Part shown: positions 1 through 12,233 of the stretch, in pieces
How the letters are laid out: every line of letters begins with the position of its first letter
Position numbering within the stretch: the first letter of the stretch is position 1
Assembly: GCF_006345805.1 (NCBI RefSeq)
Contig: NC_043002.1
Span: forward strand, 97,340,001 to 97,404,000
Length of the DNA stretch: 64,000 nt
Direction of reading: 5' to 3'
DNA from: Octopus sinensis
Taxonomy: Eukaryota
Made by a program: the position numbers and the translations under genes
The notes under the pieces: model-generated
What the model saw: only the letters and a program-made list of their open reading frames with translations
What the model was told of the DNA's origin: nothing
Database searches by the model: none

Positions 1-429
1 ACATTACCAAACATTTTTTTTTCCTTTTCTACAAATGTCATACATGACGACCTAATACATATGTGAGTAACGAAGAGGTACAAGTGTCAATTCATACGGC
101 CGTATATAACGATTCCTTTAATTGATTAATAAGAGCATTACATCATTGCAAACAAACCGTTTTCGTCCGATGAATTTATAATCTTTAAATATAAAGTACA
201 TTCGAACTTATTCAACATAGTTAACAAATTCCCAGAGTAAACATATTTACATAAATCCCGCTAACATTCACTTAACAGAATGAACATATCAGGACAGTGT
301 ATATTTTTGTCAGAACAAAGAAGAATTTAGGGATTATTAGAGTTTATAGTAGAGGGAAAAGGTAATTGACACAAGTAAGTTGTTATTTGTATTGGTCAGT
401 GGTGAGACAAGTAATTAATGCCAGGCCAG

Positions 430-498
<69 letters not shown>

Positions 499-501
<3 letters not shown>

Positions 502-700
502 GGAGTGGACCCACGCAGTTGTCGAGTGGTACCGTGCGAGCGGAAAAGAGTACCCGGAAGACCTCCACGACGGTAGAATTACGGTTTCAGGAGGACGATT
601 GGGATCACGTGGATGAGAAAGGCGCGATCCAGAGAGGAGTGGACAGCGTGCTGTGACCAGCGGTGTCAAATGGACGCCTGACGGACTGGTCGGTAAGGTG
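499..700 (+). mobile_element. RTE-clade LINE, extreme 3' fragment (5'-truncated, decayed)
   Basis: Manual translation from 506 with one frameshift and one stop gives WTHAVVEWY/CERKRVPGRPPRR*NYGFRRTIGITWMRKARSREEWTACCDQRCQMDA* (stop 679-681), matching the W..W.P...KR..GRP..RW...W...A..R..W C-terminus of RTE ORF2. Embedded in (TA)n on both sides. Confidence 0.75.
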
Positions 701-780
701 ATATATATATATATATATATATATGAATTTATGAATTTGTGTTTCAAGGTTCCGGATGTGAAACCGTGAGTTGAAACAGA

Positions 781-1108
781 TATTGCATTTCGGTATGGTC
801 ATGTTCATTGTTTGTTTGTTTTTTCGCAAATAAACACACGCACTGTATATTCGTTCTTCGTTTGTTGCTGTTCTTATTCTAACTCATGTCATTGTGTGTG
901 CTCTTACTCTGCTTAGTCCTTTGAACTAAGCGGACCTAGAGCACACACGAAAACGGGAAGTATCGCTGATGAGGTCACAGATGTGGGACGAAAGATTTCC
1001 GGACAATGGATGTGAGCTAGAATAAGAAGAGTAGTAACCGAGTGAAGAACGAATATATAATGCATCTGTTATTTTGCAAAAAATAAAAATGACCGTCCCG
1101 AATGCAAC
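781..1108. mobile_element. Penelope-like pseudo-LTR remnant with imperfect inverted arms
   Basis: 783-~895 is an imperfect reverse complement of ~1003-1108. The sequence also resembles 32171-32340, the 3' end of the PLE at 32170-33650 (shared TTTCGG.ATGGTCAT and AAACACACGCACT.TATATT). Contains an HHR-like motif. Confidence 0.6.
962..1003 (+). ncRNA. Minimal type I hammerhead ribozyme-like motif (PLE type)
   Basis: ATCG-CTGATGA-G-GTCACA-GATG-TGGGAC-GAAA-GATT-TC-CGGA; same family as the motif at 32289-32333. Confidence 0.6.
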
Positions 1109-1184
1109 AATATATATAAATATATAGATAGATAGATAGATAGATAGATAGATGATAGATAGATAGATAGATAGATAGATGATG

Positions 1185-1240
<56 letters not shown>

Positions 1241-1392
1241 ATATATATGCGTGTGTATCTTGTGTCTGGGCTTGTCCCCCTTTCCATCACTGACATACAT
1301 ATATAATATATATATATATATATATAATATATATATATATATAGATATAGATATAGATACATATATATATATATATATTATTGTGGACTGGT

Positions 1393-1545
1393 GAGAGTCA
1401 TTCTCTTTCGGTGCTTTATTACTTAACACACTAAGCGGTTTGATTTCCATTCATTTATTTATTTTTTTTAGAAAAAATGATAAATGAGTGGAAATCGAAC
1501 CGGTGAGTGTGTTAAATAATAAGGCACTAAAAGAGAACGACTCTC
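1393..1545. repeat. Imperfect palindrome with ~75-bp arms
   Basis: GAGAGTCATTCTCTTTCGGTGCTTTATTACTTAACACACT... pairs with ...AGTGTGTTAAATAATAAGGCACTAAAAGAGAACGACTCTC; lies next to (TA)n. Confidence 0.85.
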
Positions 1546-2034
1546 CCCAAAAATGCTTCAACACAAGAATTCACATAAGGAATCCTGCAAACGAAATACA
1601 TGTTATATATATATAATAGTTGGCGAGAGTAATGAAAGAAAATTATTCATTGCTACACAAAAGAACAGTAGTGTAAATTTGCAGCACTATGAGCAGCTGC
1701 GTGGGCGTCAAGTCACACAGTTTTCCATTTCAGGTAACCACGCTGGAAACCAAAACAAAAACGTGCTGATCAACATTATTCCCACGCAAACAAATAAGTC
1801 GTTGCCTGTCATGGTTTCAGCTACGAAATGTGTGTCTGCATGTGTAATTCTAAGTATGTATGCGTGTATAAGTGTGAGCATGTATGTATGTATTCATGTG
1901 TTTGTGTGTGTGTATAAGTGTGAGCATGTATGTATGTATTCATGTGTTTGTGTTAGTATATATATATATATATATATAATATTTTCGGTATGTGGTTTAA
2001 GCAACTTGTTGCAAAAAACCCTTATTATTATAAT

Positions 2035-2070
<36 letters not shown>

Positions 2071-2258
2071 CGTATGTATGTATATATGTATGCATCGTCT
2101 CTTCTATTTATTTGAAGGCTTCCTACAAGGGATGCATTACTTTCTAACAAAGATACAAAGCGCCTTCTTTGAAAGGTAGACAACAAAAAAACAAATTCAC
2201 ATTTTAAACTTGGAAAATGTGTTACAAATTTTTTTATGTTCCGTTATTTACGTATCTA

Positions 2259-2327
<69 letters not shown>

Positions 2328-3344
2328 GTTGGATATTCGTATGTGTATCTATTGTGCGTGTGTGTATGCCTGCTTTCTTTTTCTCTTTTTAATTTAGAGG
2401 TGATTTTGATCGCCCACCTACTTGGTAGCAAGGTATTGCAGAACATTATTGTCACACGTATCCCACTCATTTGTATCGCATGAATTTGAGGAGTCACATT
2501 CTGTCCCCAAGAACTCAGGTTTAGTCATACTTTACTCAAGCCAGGATTGGTAAAATATGTTATTGCTCTAAAAGAGAAAGTGAAAGTATATCTTGACTTC
2601 TCGATTTGCAGATTCGTTATCAGTGGCCTATAAACGTTTTCTTTCTCCTGTAAGCATGTATAGATCTCTATCTCTGAGTGTATGTATATACTCGTATGTG
2701 TACGAATATACATAGTTATACATGTTGCAACTGTACTCTTCCTTGCCTGGTTTAGTTATATCCACATGGTTCCGAGATCAAGCCCACTACGTGGCACCTT
2801 GGGCCAAGTTAAATACAATCACCTGAAATCATTATATATTGATTTTTTATTCTTTTTACTTGTTTCTATCCTAGGATTTATTCTTTGTAGGCCTAGTACT
2901 TATTCTATCGCCCTCTTTTGTCGAATCGCTATGTTACGGAGACATAAACACACCAGCATCGTTTTTCAAGCAATGATAGTGGACAAACACATACACACAA
3001 ACACACACACACACAGGACGAACGTAAAGCTGACCTCTGTGGAGTTTGAATGTAAGGACAGACGAAATGCCGCTAAGCACTTTTTACCGACGTTGTAACG
3101 ATTCTTTTCTATTCTACGCACAAGGCCCGACATTTTTGGGGAGGGGAACGTAGTTACAGACGAAGTACTGCAAAGCATTTCGTCCGGCGTGCTAATAATA
3201 ATCCTACAGAAGAAGAAGAAGAAGAAGAAGAAGAATTGTGGTGGTTGAAACAACAACAACAACAACAACAACGATGACGAGAATATTTAAAGTAAACAAG
3301 ATAGAATTTATTTTACATCATTTGTTTTATACGCGCCAGGCTAT

Positions 3345-3423
3345 TTACATCTGTAATGGATGTTCTTGGAGCAAATCGGATGCTGATCTACAACACTTCT
3401 TTAAGGGAACATTACGCTGATAC
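3345..3423 (-). other. Possible terminal coding exon of an unidentified host gene (tentative)
   Basis: Minus strand reads ...ttacagtttcag|G TAT CAG CGT... = YQRNVPLKKCCRSASDLLQEHPLQM*, with AATAAA ~33 nt downstream (TTTATT at 3307-3312 on +). No homology recognised and no upstream exons identified. Confidence 0.2.
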
Positions 3424-3884
3424 CTGAAACTGTAATTTTTATTGTTCACAGAGGAAATGTTACACATATACATACATATATATGCAGGATGATATATATA
3501 AACACAAACGCAAATGCACACACACAAACATGGATACGTGTTTTTTTCTGTTCCTATCGTTAATAGTTAACAATATTATCTCGTCGTGCCGTTTGTTTTC
3601 CCACTCCGCTATATCAATCCCGAACAACTATATCTAAAGATTGTTGACGCCACTGAAGTGAAATGTACCGTCTTCTGGTGTCAAAACTAGGGAAATCCCG
3701 GAAGAGAGAGCTGATGATGGTGAAAGTTTTCGTTTGCCCAATCTTTTCCTTTGTTCTTATCGCTTGTGCTAAATTTCATACCTACATACATCTATATACA
3801 GACATACGTGCATACATGCATACATACATACATATAGATACATATATACATACATACATGCATACATACAGGCATACATACATG

Positions 3885-3923
<39 letters not shown>

Positions 3924-4346
3924 TATATATATAATATATATATTATATATATATATATATATATACATATATATATGTACATGTTGATACATGGAAAATA
4001 TCACTTATATTTTTGTGGAATGGCCTCCTCACTCATCAGATATTAGACTCCTTTTCTTATTCTGGGGTATGTTTTGAAGAGAAGGAGTATTCAATGAAAA
4101 TCACAGATATCAATCATCAGAAGGAACGAATCGTGAATAAAAGTGTGCAACTTAATGGAAATGGAAATAGGTGTTAAATCAACGGATTCATATGAATCTC
4201 TCAAAACTCACTGAACTTTGCATTATTTATGGTGGAAACCATGTTGAAAATGTTAGTTATTAGTGTAGTAGCATAAAATTACCGAAAATGGGAACTCTCG
4301 CTTAGGGGTCCAGACTTTCTTGCCACCTTGTGTGCATGTATGAGCG

Positions 4347-4383
<37 letters not shown>

Positions 4384-4510
4384 ATATTGTATAAGGGCAT
4401 ATTACACATAAATGCCTCACACTAGGAGGGACAAAGTCATTACTACCAAAAATTATACTAATCATACCCAAATGCAGTTTTTCAAAGCAAGACATTTAAA
4501 AATGAATTAT

Positions 4511-4566
4511 GTTCTGTATCACCGTGATTTCACATACAACTTGCGTCTAATGATCGTCAGCAGAAC
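4511..4566 (-). ncRNA. Type I hammerhead ribozyme, first of 7 minus-strand copies (others start at 4986, 5462, 5938, 6413, 6886, 7362)
   Basis: Minus strand: GTTCTG-CTGACGA-TCATTAGAC-GCAA-GTTGTATGT-GAAA-TCAC-G-GTGA-TA-CAGAAC. 6-bp stem I, canonical CUGANGA/GAAA core, GNRA-capped stem II, 4-bp stem III with a 1-nt loop, AUA cleavage triplet. Confidence 0.88.
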
Positions 4567-7500
4567 TGATTCTGAATACATCATAAATAAACCAACCTTA
4601 TGTAGCGAAGACGAACAGACAACTGTTCACTCCGGCCAAGCACATGGAATGTTTATAAATCATATATCCGGTAAATGGCGGGCTTTTTACGAACTGCATG
4701 TCGGGTAATGAAAAGTATTTCGGAATAAGTTTAACAATTAAGGATAATCTCTTAATAAGGGATCTTAACAAGAAATTATCGGGTAGCTAGCGTGAAAACC
4801 TCATAAAAGAAAAGAATCCGAAAATAATTTTTTTTTTTGAACAAATTAATTATATCTATATTGTATAAAGGGCATTATTACACATAAATGCCTCACACTA
4901 GGAGGGACAAGTCATTACTACCAAAAATTATACTAATCATACCCAAATGCAGTTTTTCAAAGCAAGACATTTAAAAATGAATTATGTTCTGTATCACCGT
5001 GATTTCACATACAACTTGCGTCTAATGATCGTCAGCAGAACTGATTCTGAATACATCATAAATAAACCAACCTTATGTAGCGAAGACGAACAGACAACTG
5101 TTCACTCCGGCCAAGCACATGGAATGTTTATAAATCATATATCCGGTAAATGCGGGCTTTTTACGAACTGCATGTCGGGTAATGAAAAGTATTTCGGAAT
5201 AAGTTTAACAATTAAGGATACTCTCTTAATAAGGGATCTTAACAAGAAATTATCGGGTAGCTAGCGTGAAAACCTCATAAAAGAAAAGAATCCGAAAATA
5301 ATTTTTTTCTTTTGAACAAATTAATTATATCTATATTGTATAAAGGGCATTATTACACATAAATGCCTCACACTAGGAGGGACAAAGTCATTACTACCAA
5401 AAATTATACTAATCATACCCAAATGCAGTTTTTCAAAGCAAGACATTTAAAAATGAATTATGTTCTGTATCACCGTGATTTCACATACAACTTGCGTCTA
5501 ATGATCGTCAGCAGAAATGATTCTGAATACATCATAAATAAACCAACCTTATGTAGCGAAGACGAACAGACACTGTTCACTCCGGCCAAGCACATGGAAT
5601 GTTTATAAATCATATATCCGGTAAATGGCGGGCTTTTTACGAACTGCATGTCGGGTAATGAAAAGTATTTCGGAATAAGTTTAACAATTAAGGATAATCT
5701 CTTAATAAGGGATCTTAACAAGAAATTATCGGGTAGCTAGCGTGAAAACCTCATAAAAGAAAAGAATCCGAAAATAATTTTTTTCTTTTGAACAAATTAA
5801 TTATATCTATATTGTATAAAGGGCATTATTACACATAAATGCCTCACACTAGGAGGGACAAAGTCATTACTACCAAAAATTATACTAATCATACCCAAAT
5901 GCAGTTTTTCAAAGCAAGACATTTAAAAATGAATTATGTTCTGTATCACCGTGATTTCACATACAACTTGCGTCTAATGATCGTCAGCAGAACTGATTCT
6001 GAATACATCATAAATAAACCAACCTTATGTAGCGAAGACGAACAGACAACTGTTCACTCCGGCCAAGCACATGGAATGTTTATAAATCATATATCCGGTA
6101 AATGGTGGGCTTTTTACGAACTGCAATGTCGGGTAATGAAAAGTATTTCGGAATAAGTTTAACAATTAAGGATAATCTCTTAATAAGGGATCTTAACAAG
6201 AAATTATCGGGTAGCTAGCGTGAAAACCTCATAAAAGAAAAGAATCCGAAAATAATTTTTTTTTTTGAACAAATTAATTATATCTATATTGTATAAGGGC
6301 ATTATTACACATAAATGCCTCACACTAGGAGGGACAAGTCATTACTACCAAAAATTATACTAATCATACCCAAATGCAGTTTTTCAAAGCAAGACATTTA
6401 AAAATGAATTATGTTCTGTATCACCGTGATTTCACATACAACTTGCGTCTAATGATCGTCAGCAGAACTGATTCTGAATACATCATAAATAAACCAACCT
6501 TATGTAGCGAAGACGAACAGACAACTGTTCACTCCGGCCAAGCACATGGAATGTTTATAAATCATATATCCGGTAAATGCGGGCTTTTTACGAACTGCAT
6601 GTCGGGTAATGAAAAGTATTTCGGAATAAGTTTAACAATTAGGATAATCTCTTAATAAGGGATCTAAACAAGAAATTATCGGTAGCTAGCGTGAAAACCT
6701 CATAAAAGAAAAGAATCCGAAAATAATTTTTTTTTTTGAACAAATTAATTATATCTATATTGTATAAAGGGCATTATTACACATAAATGCCTCACACTAG
6801 GAGGGACAAAGTCATTACTACCAAAAATTATACTAATCATACCCAAATGCAGTTTTTCAAAGCAAGACATTTAAAAATGAATTATGTTCTGTATCACCGT
6901 GATTTCACATACAACTTGCGTCTAATGATCGTCAGCAGAACTGATTCTGAATACATCATAAATAAACCAACCTTATGTAGCGAAGACGAACAGACAACTG
7001 TTCACTCCGGCCAAGCACATGGATGTTTATAAATCATATATCCGGTAAATGGCGGGCTTTTTACGAACTGCATGTCGGGTAATGAAAAGTATTTCGGAAT
7101 AAGTTTAACAATTAAGGATAATCTCTTAATAAGGGATCTTAACAAGAAATTATCGGGTAGCTAGCGTGAAAACCTCATAAAAGAAAAGAATCCGAAAATA
7201 ATTTTTTTCTTTTGAACAAATTAATTATATCTATATTGTATAAAGGGCATTATTACACATAAATGCCTCACACTAGGAGGGACAAAGTCATTACTACCAA
7301 AAATTATACTAATCATACCCAAATGCAGTTTTTCAAAGCAAGACATTTAAAAATGAATTATGTTCTGTATCACCGTGATTTCACATACAACTTGCGTCTA
7401 ATGATCGTCAGCAGAACTGATTCTGAATACATCATAAATAAACCAACCTTATGTAGCGAAGACGAACAGACAACTGTTCACTCCGGCCAAGCACATGGAA

Positions 7501-7596
7501 TGTTTATAAATCATATATCCGGTAAATGGCGGGCTTTTTACGAACTGCATGTCTTCGCTACATAAGGTTGGTTTATTTATGATGTATTCAGAATCA

Positions 7597-7652
7597 GTTC
7601 TGCTGACGATCATTAGACGCAAGTTGTATGTGAAATCACGGTGATACAGAAC
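7597..7652 (+). ncRNA. Type I hammerhead ribozyme, first of 4 plus-strand copies (others start at 8069, 8553, 9027)
   Basis: Same 56-nt motif in the inverted arm; predicted cleavage between 7646 and 7647. Confidence 0.88.
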
Positions 7653-9618
7653 ATAATTCATTTTTAAATGTCTTGCTTTGAAAAACTGCATTTGGGTATG
7701 ATTAGTATAATTTTTGGTAGTAATGACTTTGTCCTCCTAGTGTGAGGCATTTATGTGTAATAATGCCCTTTATACAATATAGATATAATAATTGTTCAAA
7801 AGAAAAAAATTATTTTCGGATTCTTTTCTTTTATGAGGTTTTCACGCTAGCTACCCGATAATTTCTTGTTAAGATCCCTTATTAGAGATTATCCTTAATT
7901 GTTAAACTATTCCGAAATACTTTTCATTACCCGACATGCAGTTCGTAAAAAGCCCGCCATTTACCGGATATATGATTTATAAACATTCCATGTGCTTGGC
8001 CGGAGTGAACAGTTGTCTGTTCGTCTTCGCTACATAAGGTTGGTTTATTTATGATGTATTCAGAATCAGTTCTGCTGACGATCATTAGACGCAAGTTGTA
8101 TGTGAAATCACGGTGATACAGAACATAATCATTTTTAAATGTCTTGCTTTGAAAAACTGCATTTGGGTATGATTAGTATAATTTTGGTAGTAATGACTTT
8201 GTCCCTCCTAGTGTGAGGCATTTATGTGTAATAATGCCCTTTATACAATATAGATATAATAATTGTTCAAAAGAAAAAAATTATTTTCGGATTCTTTTCT
8301 TTTATGAGGTTTTCACGCTAGCTACCCGATAATTTCTTGTTAAGATCCCTTATTAAGAGATTATCCTTAATTGTTAAACTTATTCCGAAATACTTTTCAT
8401 TACCCGACATGCAGTTCGTAAAAAGCCCGCCATTTACCGGATATATGATTTATATTATTGACATAAACATTGCTTGTGCTTGGCCGGAGTGAACAGTTGT
8501 CTGTTCGTCTTCGCTACATAAGGTTGGTTTATTTATGATGTATTCAGAATCAGTTCTGCTGACGATCATTAGACGCAAGTTGTATGTGAAATCACGGTGA
8601 TACAGAACATAATTCATTTTTAAATGTCTTGCTTTGAAAAACTGCATTTGGGTAGGATTAGTATAATTTTGGTAGTAATGACTTTGTCCCTCCTAGTGTG
8701 AGGCATTTATGTGTAATAATGCCCTTTATACAATATAGATATAATTAATTTGTTCAAAAGAAAAAAATTATTTTCGGATTCTTTTCTTTTATGAGGTTTT
8801 CACGCTAGCTACCGATAATTTCTTGTTAAGATCCCTTATTAAGAGATTATCCTTAATTGTTAAACTTATTCCGAAATACTTTTCATTACCCGACATGCAG
8901 TTCGTAAAAAGCCCGCCATTTACCGGATATATGATTTATAAACATTCCATGTGCTTGGCCGGAGTGAACAGTTGTCTGTTCGTCTTCGCTACATAAGGTT
9001 GGTTTATTTATGATGTATCAGAATCAGTTCTGCTGACGATCATTAGACGCAAGTTGTATGTGAAATCACGGTGATACAGAACATAATCATTTTTAAATGT
9101 CTTGCTTTGAAAAACTGCATTTGGGTATGATTAGTATAATTTTGGTAGTAATGACTTTGTCCCTCCTAGTGTGAGGCATTTATGTGTAATAATGCCCTTT
9201 ATACAATATAGATATAATTAATTTGTTCAAAAGAAAAAAATTATTTTCGGATTCTTTTCTTTTATGAGGTTTTCACGCTAGCTACCCGATAATTTCTTGT
9301 TAAGATCCCTTATTAAGAGATTATCCTTAATTGTTAAACTTATATATATATATATATACATACATACATACAAACATACATATACAGCCACATTTTTTTC
9401 TTGTGATTCTTGTACGTTTTTCTTGGATTAATTATTTACATATACATATATATATACATACATATATATATATATATATTATTGAAGAACCACCATGATG
9501 TAGCAATTCAACAATTATATACTTAAATCATGCCATATAGAAAAAAATTAAAGATACGATAAAACATTTACCTAGAACTAAATAAAGTACAAAATAATAA
9601 ATAAATATTATATAATTA

Positions 9619-9662
<44 letters not shown>

Positions 9663-9746
9663 GTATGAATGTATAATAATAAAAGCTAAATAGATAGTGA
9701 AAGTTCAATACATACATATATATATATATATACATACATACATACA

Positions 9747-9780
<34 letters not shown>

Positions 9781-9794
9781 CATACATACATACA

Positions 9795-9826
<32 letters not shown>

Positions 9827-9885
9827 CATATATATATACATACTTAGAATTTTTTTTTTTAAACGGAGAAAAAACAAGAAAAAAT

Positions 9886-10230
9886 GTGGCTGCATGGTAA
9901 GTAGTTTCCTTACCAACCACATGGTTCTGGGTTCAGTCCCACTGCGTGGTAACTTGGGCAAGTGTCTTCTACTATAGCCTCGGGCCGACCAAAGCCTTGT
10001 AAGTGGATTTGTTCGACGGAAACTGAAAGAAGCCCGTCGTATATATATATGTATATGTTTCTGTCTGTCCCTCCACCATCGCTTGACAACTGATGCCGGT
10101 GTGTCTACGCCCCCGTAACTTAGCGGTTCGGCAAAAAGACACAGATAGAATAAGTACTAGGCTTACAAACAATAAGTCCTGGGGTCGATTTGTTCCAGCA
10201 TGGCCGCAGTCAAATTGCTGAAACAATAAA
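9886..10230 (+). mobile_element. tRNA-derived SINE, family A (Octopus-type)
   Basis: A-box-like TGGCTGCATGGTAAG and B-box-like GGTTCAGTCCC, body ...GGAAACTGAAAGAAGCCCGTCG..., tail CAGCATGGCCGCAGTC...GAAAC; recurs many times in the window. Confidence 0.85.
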
Positions 10231-10255
10231 TGTATATATATACATATATACATAC

Positions 10256-10330
<75 letters not shown>

Positions 10331-10349
10331 TTATATATATATATATATA

Positions 10350-10389
<40 letters not shown>

Positions 10390-10765
10390 ATTCATGTCTG
10401 TCTATATATATATATATATATAGACATACATGAATTGGTTCCGGCCTTAGTTATCATAGTTACCTAGATTGGTAGCCTCCAGCCAATATTTTGTTATTAG
10501 TGTTATTGTAGGAATATTAAATAAATAAGTATTTCTATTTTATCATCTAGTCACAAGATTAATTAGCGCTAAAACATTAATTGCGAATAAATTGCCATGC
10601 TGTTGCGACATTTGTACCATGTATTGAACTTACACTATCTATTTACCTTTTGTTATTATACATTTATATATAAGTCCCACATATTAGACGAGGTTCTTCG
10701 TAATAACTGTGTAGCACAAAACGGCAGTGCATCAGCATGGCCACAGCTCTGAGCTGAAACTAGAG

Positions 10766-10818
<53 letters not shown>

Positions 10819-11042
10819 ATATACATACACACACGTATGTATACTGTCGTGTGGACAAACGAAAGAAAGAGGCACATTACACACTTAGATGTTACATATA
10901 TCATTATTGTTTAAAACGCCGGAATGATCAGGAATGACCTGGGTCCCTGTGAGGTGTCTACGAAACTTAATTTTGCATGGTTCCGCATGAAACGGTTTTA
11001 AATGGTAATAATAGCTAGACAGACAGACAGACAGATAGACAG

Positions 11043-11262
11043 ACGAAGTGGGCTTAAAAGCTCCTGGCTCTGAGTAAAAAGAAAATGCAGGAGAATCCGT
11101 TAATTATTACTTTACTGAACATATTCCCCTCTCAAATTCACAGAATTATTGCAGCAGTGCTTCACTTTTTCTAAACCCTGTAAACAAACTCGGAAGTTTG
11201 GTCCTCCACCAGGCCTTTCGTGACATCCTTAAAAGCCAGGAACTTTTCACCTCCCACTCATA
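11043..11262. mobile_element. Mariner-type MITE (~220 bp)
   Basis: Degenerate TIRs: ACGAAGTGGGCTTAAAAGCTCCTGGCT versus AGCCAGGAACTTTTCACCTCCCACTCATA; no ORF. Confidence 0.55.
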
Positions 11263-11313
<51 letters not shown>

Positions 11314-11369
11314 TGAAGATGATTTTCTAATTGGCCAAGTATGTATTTACCTCCCTGCTTGCAGACTTA

Positions 11370-11785
11370 TATATTTCTTTACTACCCACAAGGGGCTAAA
11401 CACAGAGTGGACAAACAAGGACAGACAAAGGGATTAAGTCAATTATATCGACCCCGGTGCGTAACTGGTACTTAATTTATCGACCCCGAAAGGATGAAAG
11501 GCAAAAGACGACCTCGGCGGAATTTGAACTCGGAACGTAGACTTATAGACTTCTACCATAATGCTCATTAAGCTAATATATCTCTTTACTACCCACAAGG
11601 GGCTAAGCATAGAGAGGAGAAACAAGGACAGACAAAGGGATTAAGTCGATTATATCGACCCCAGTGCGTAACTGGTACTTAATTTATCGACCCCGAAATG
11701 ATGAAGGGCAAAGACGACCTCGGTGGAATTTGAACTCGGAACGTAGACTTATAGACTTCTACCATAACGCTCATTAAGCTAATAG
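11370..11785 (-). mobile_element. Tandem duplicated SINE family B segment (two ~206-bp copies)
   Basis: TCTTTACTACCCACAAGGGGCTAA...GACTTATAGACTTCTACCATAA.GCTCATTAAGCTAATA occurs twice, including non-SINE flank. Confidence 0.85.
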
Positions 11786-12233
11786 TTTAGAGTAACCATG
11801 GACACGCGCATGTTGATGAATTGTAAATAATGTAAAGAAAAGCTAAACGGTCTTCAACCGGAGGGAAATAGAAGATATTTGAATTGAATTAAATCATATG
11901 CTCTCGTGAATCGGACAAACGTAAAACATGAGGTTTAAATATTATATTGAAATGTCAGTGAATTCAAATCTATTCTCTTTGCACGTAGACAATCAATGAG
12001 AAAGTACACCAACAACTTTACATTTAACATATGCTTGGAACCATAAATTATATACATTTCTCAAAATTTGACAAGAACGTATTGTGTTTTGCAGAATTTC
12101 TTGCGTGTAGACAATCTAGCGCAGGTGTGACTGTGTCATAAGAAGTTGGCTTCCCAACAACATGCGTGAAGCCTTCGGCAAGGCTACTAAAACTTTGAGC
12201 CTACACAAAACATTGTGAGGGCTTTTTGTAGAC

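Larger units (their letters stand above)
4378..9343. repeat. Tandem array of a 476-bp hammerhead-bearing unit (retrozyme-like), inverted at 7551
   Basis: About 6.7 near-identical units at 4378-7553, then about 3.8 reverse-complement units at 7551-9343. Unit offsets are mostly 472-476 bp (484 for one copy with an insertion). Flanked by (TA)n on both sides. Confidence 0.97.

Noticed and set aside
3711-3730. CTGATGATGGTGAAA as a hammerhead
   Set aside because: No stem II and no stem I or III pairing.
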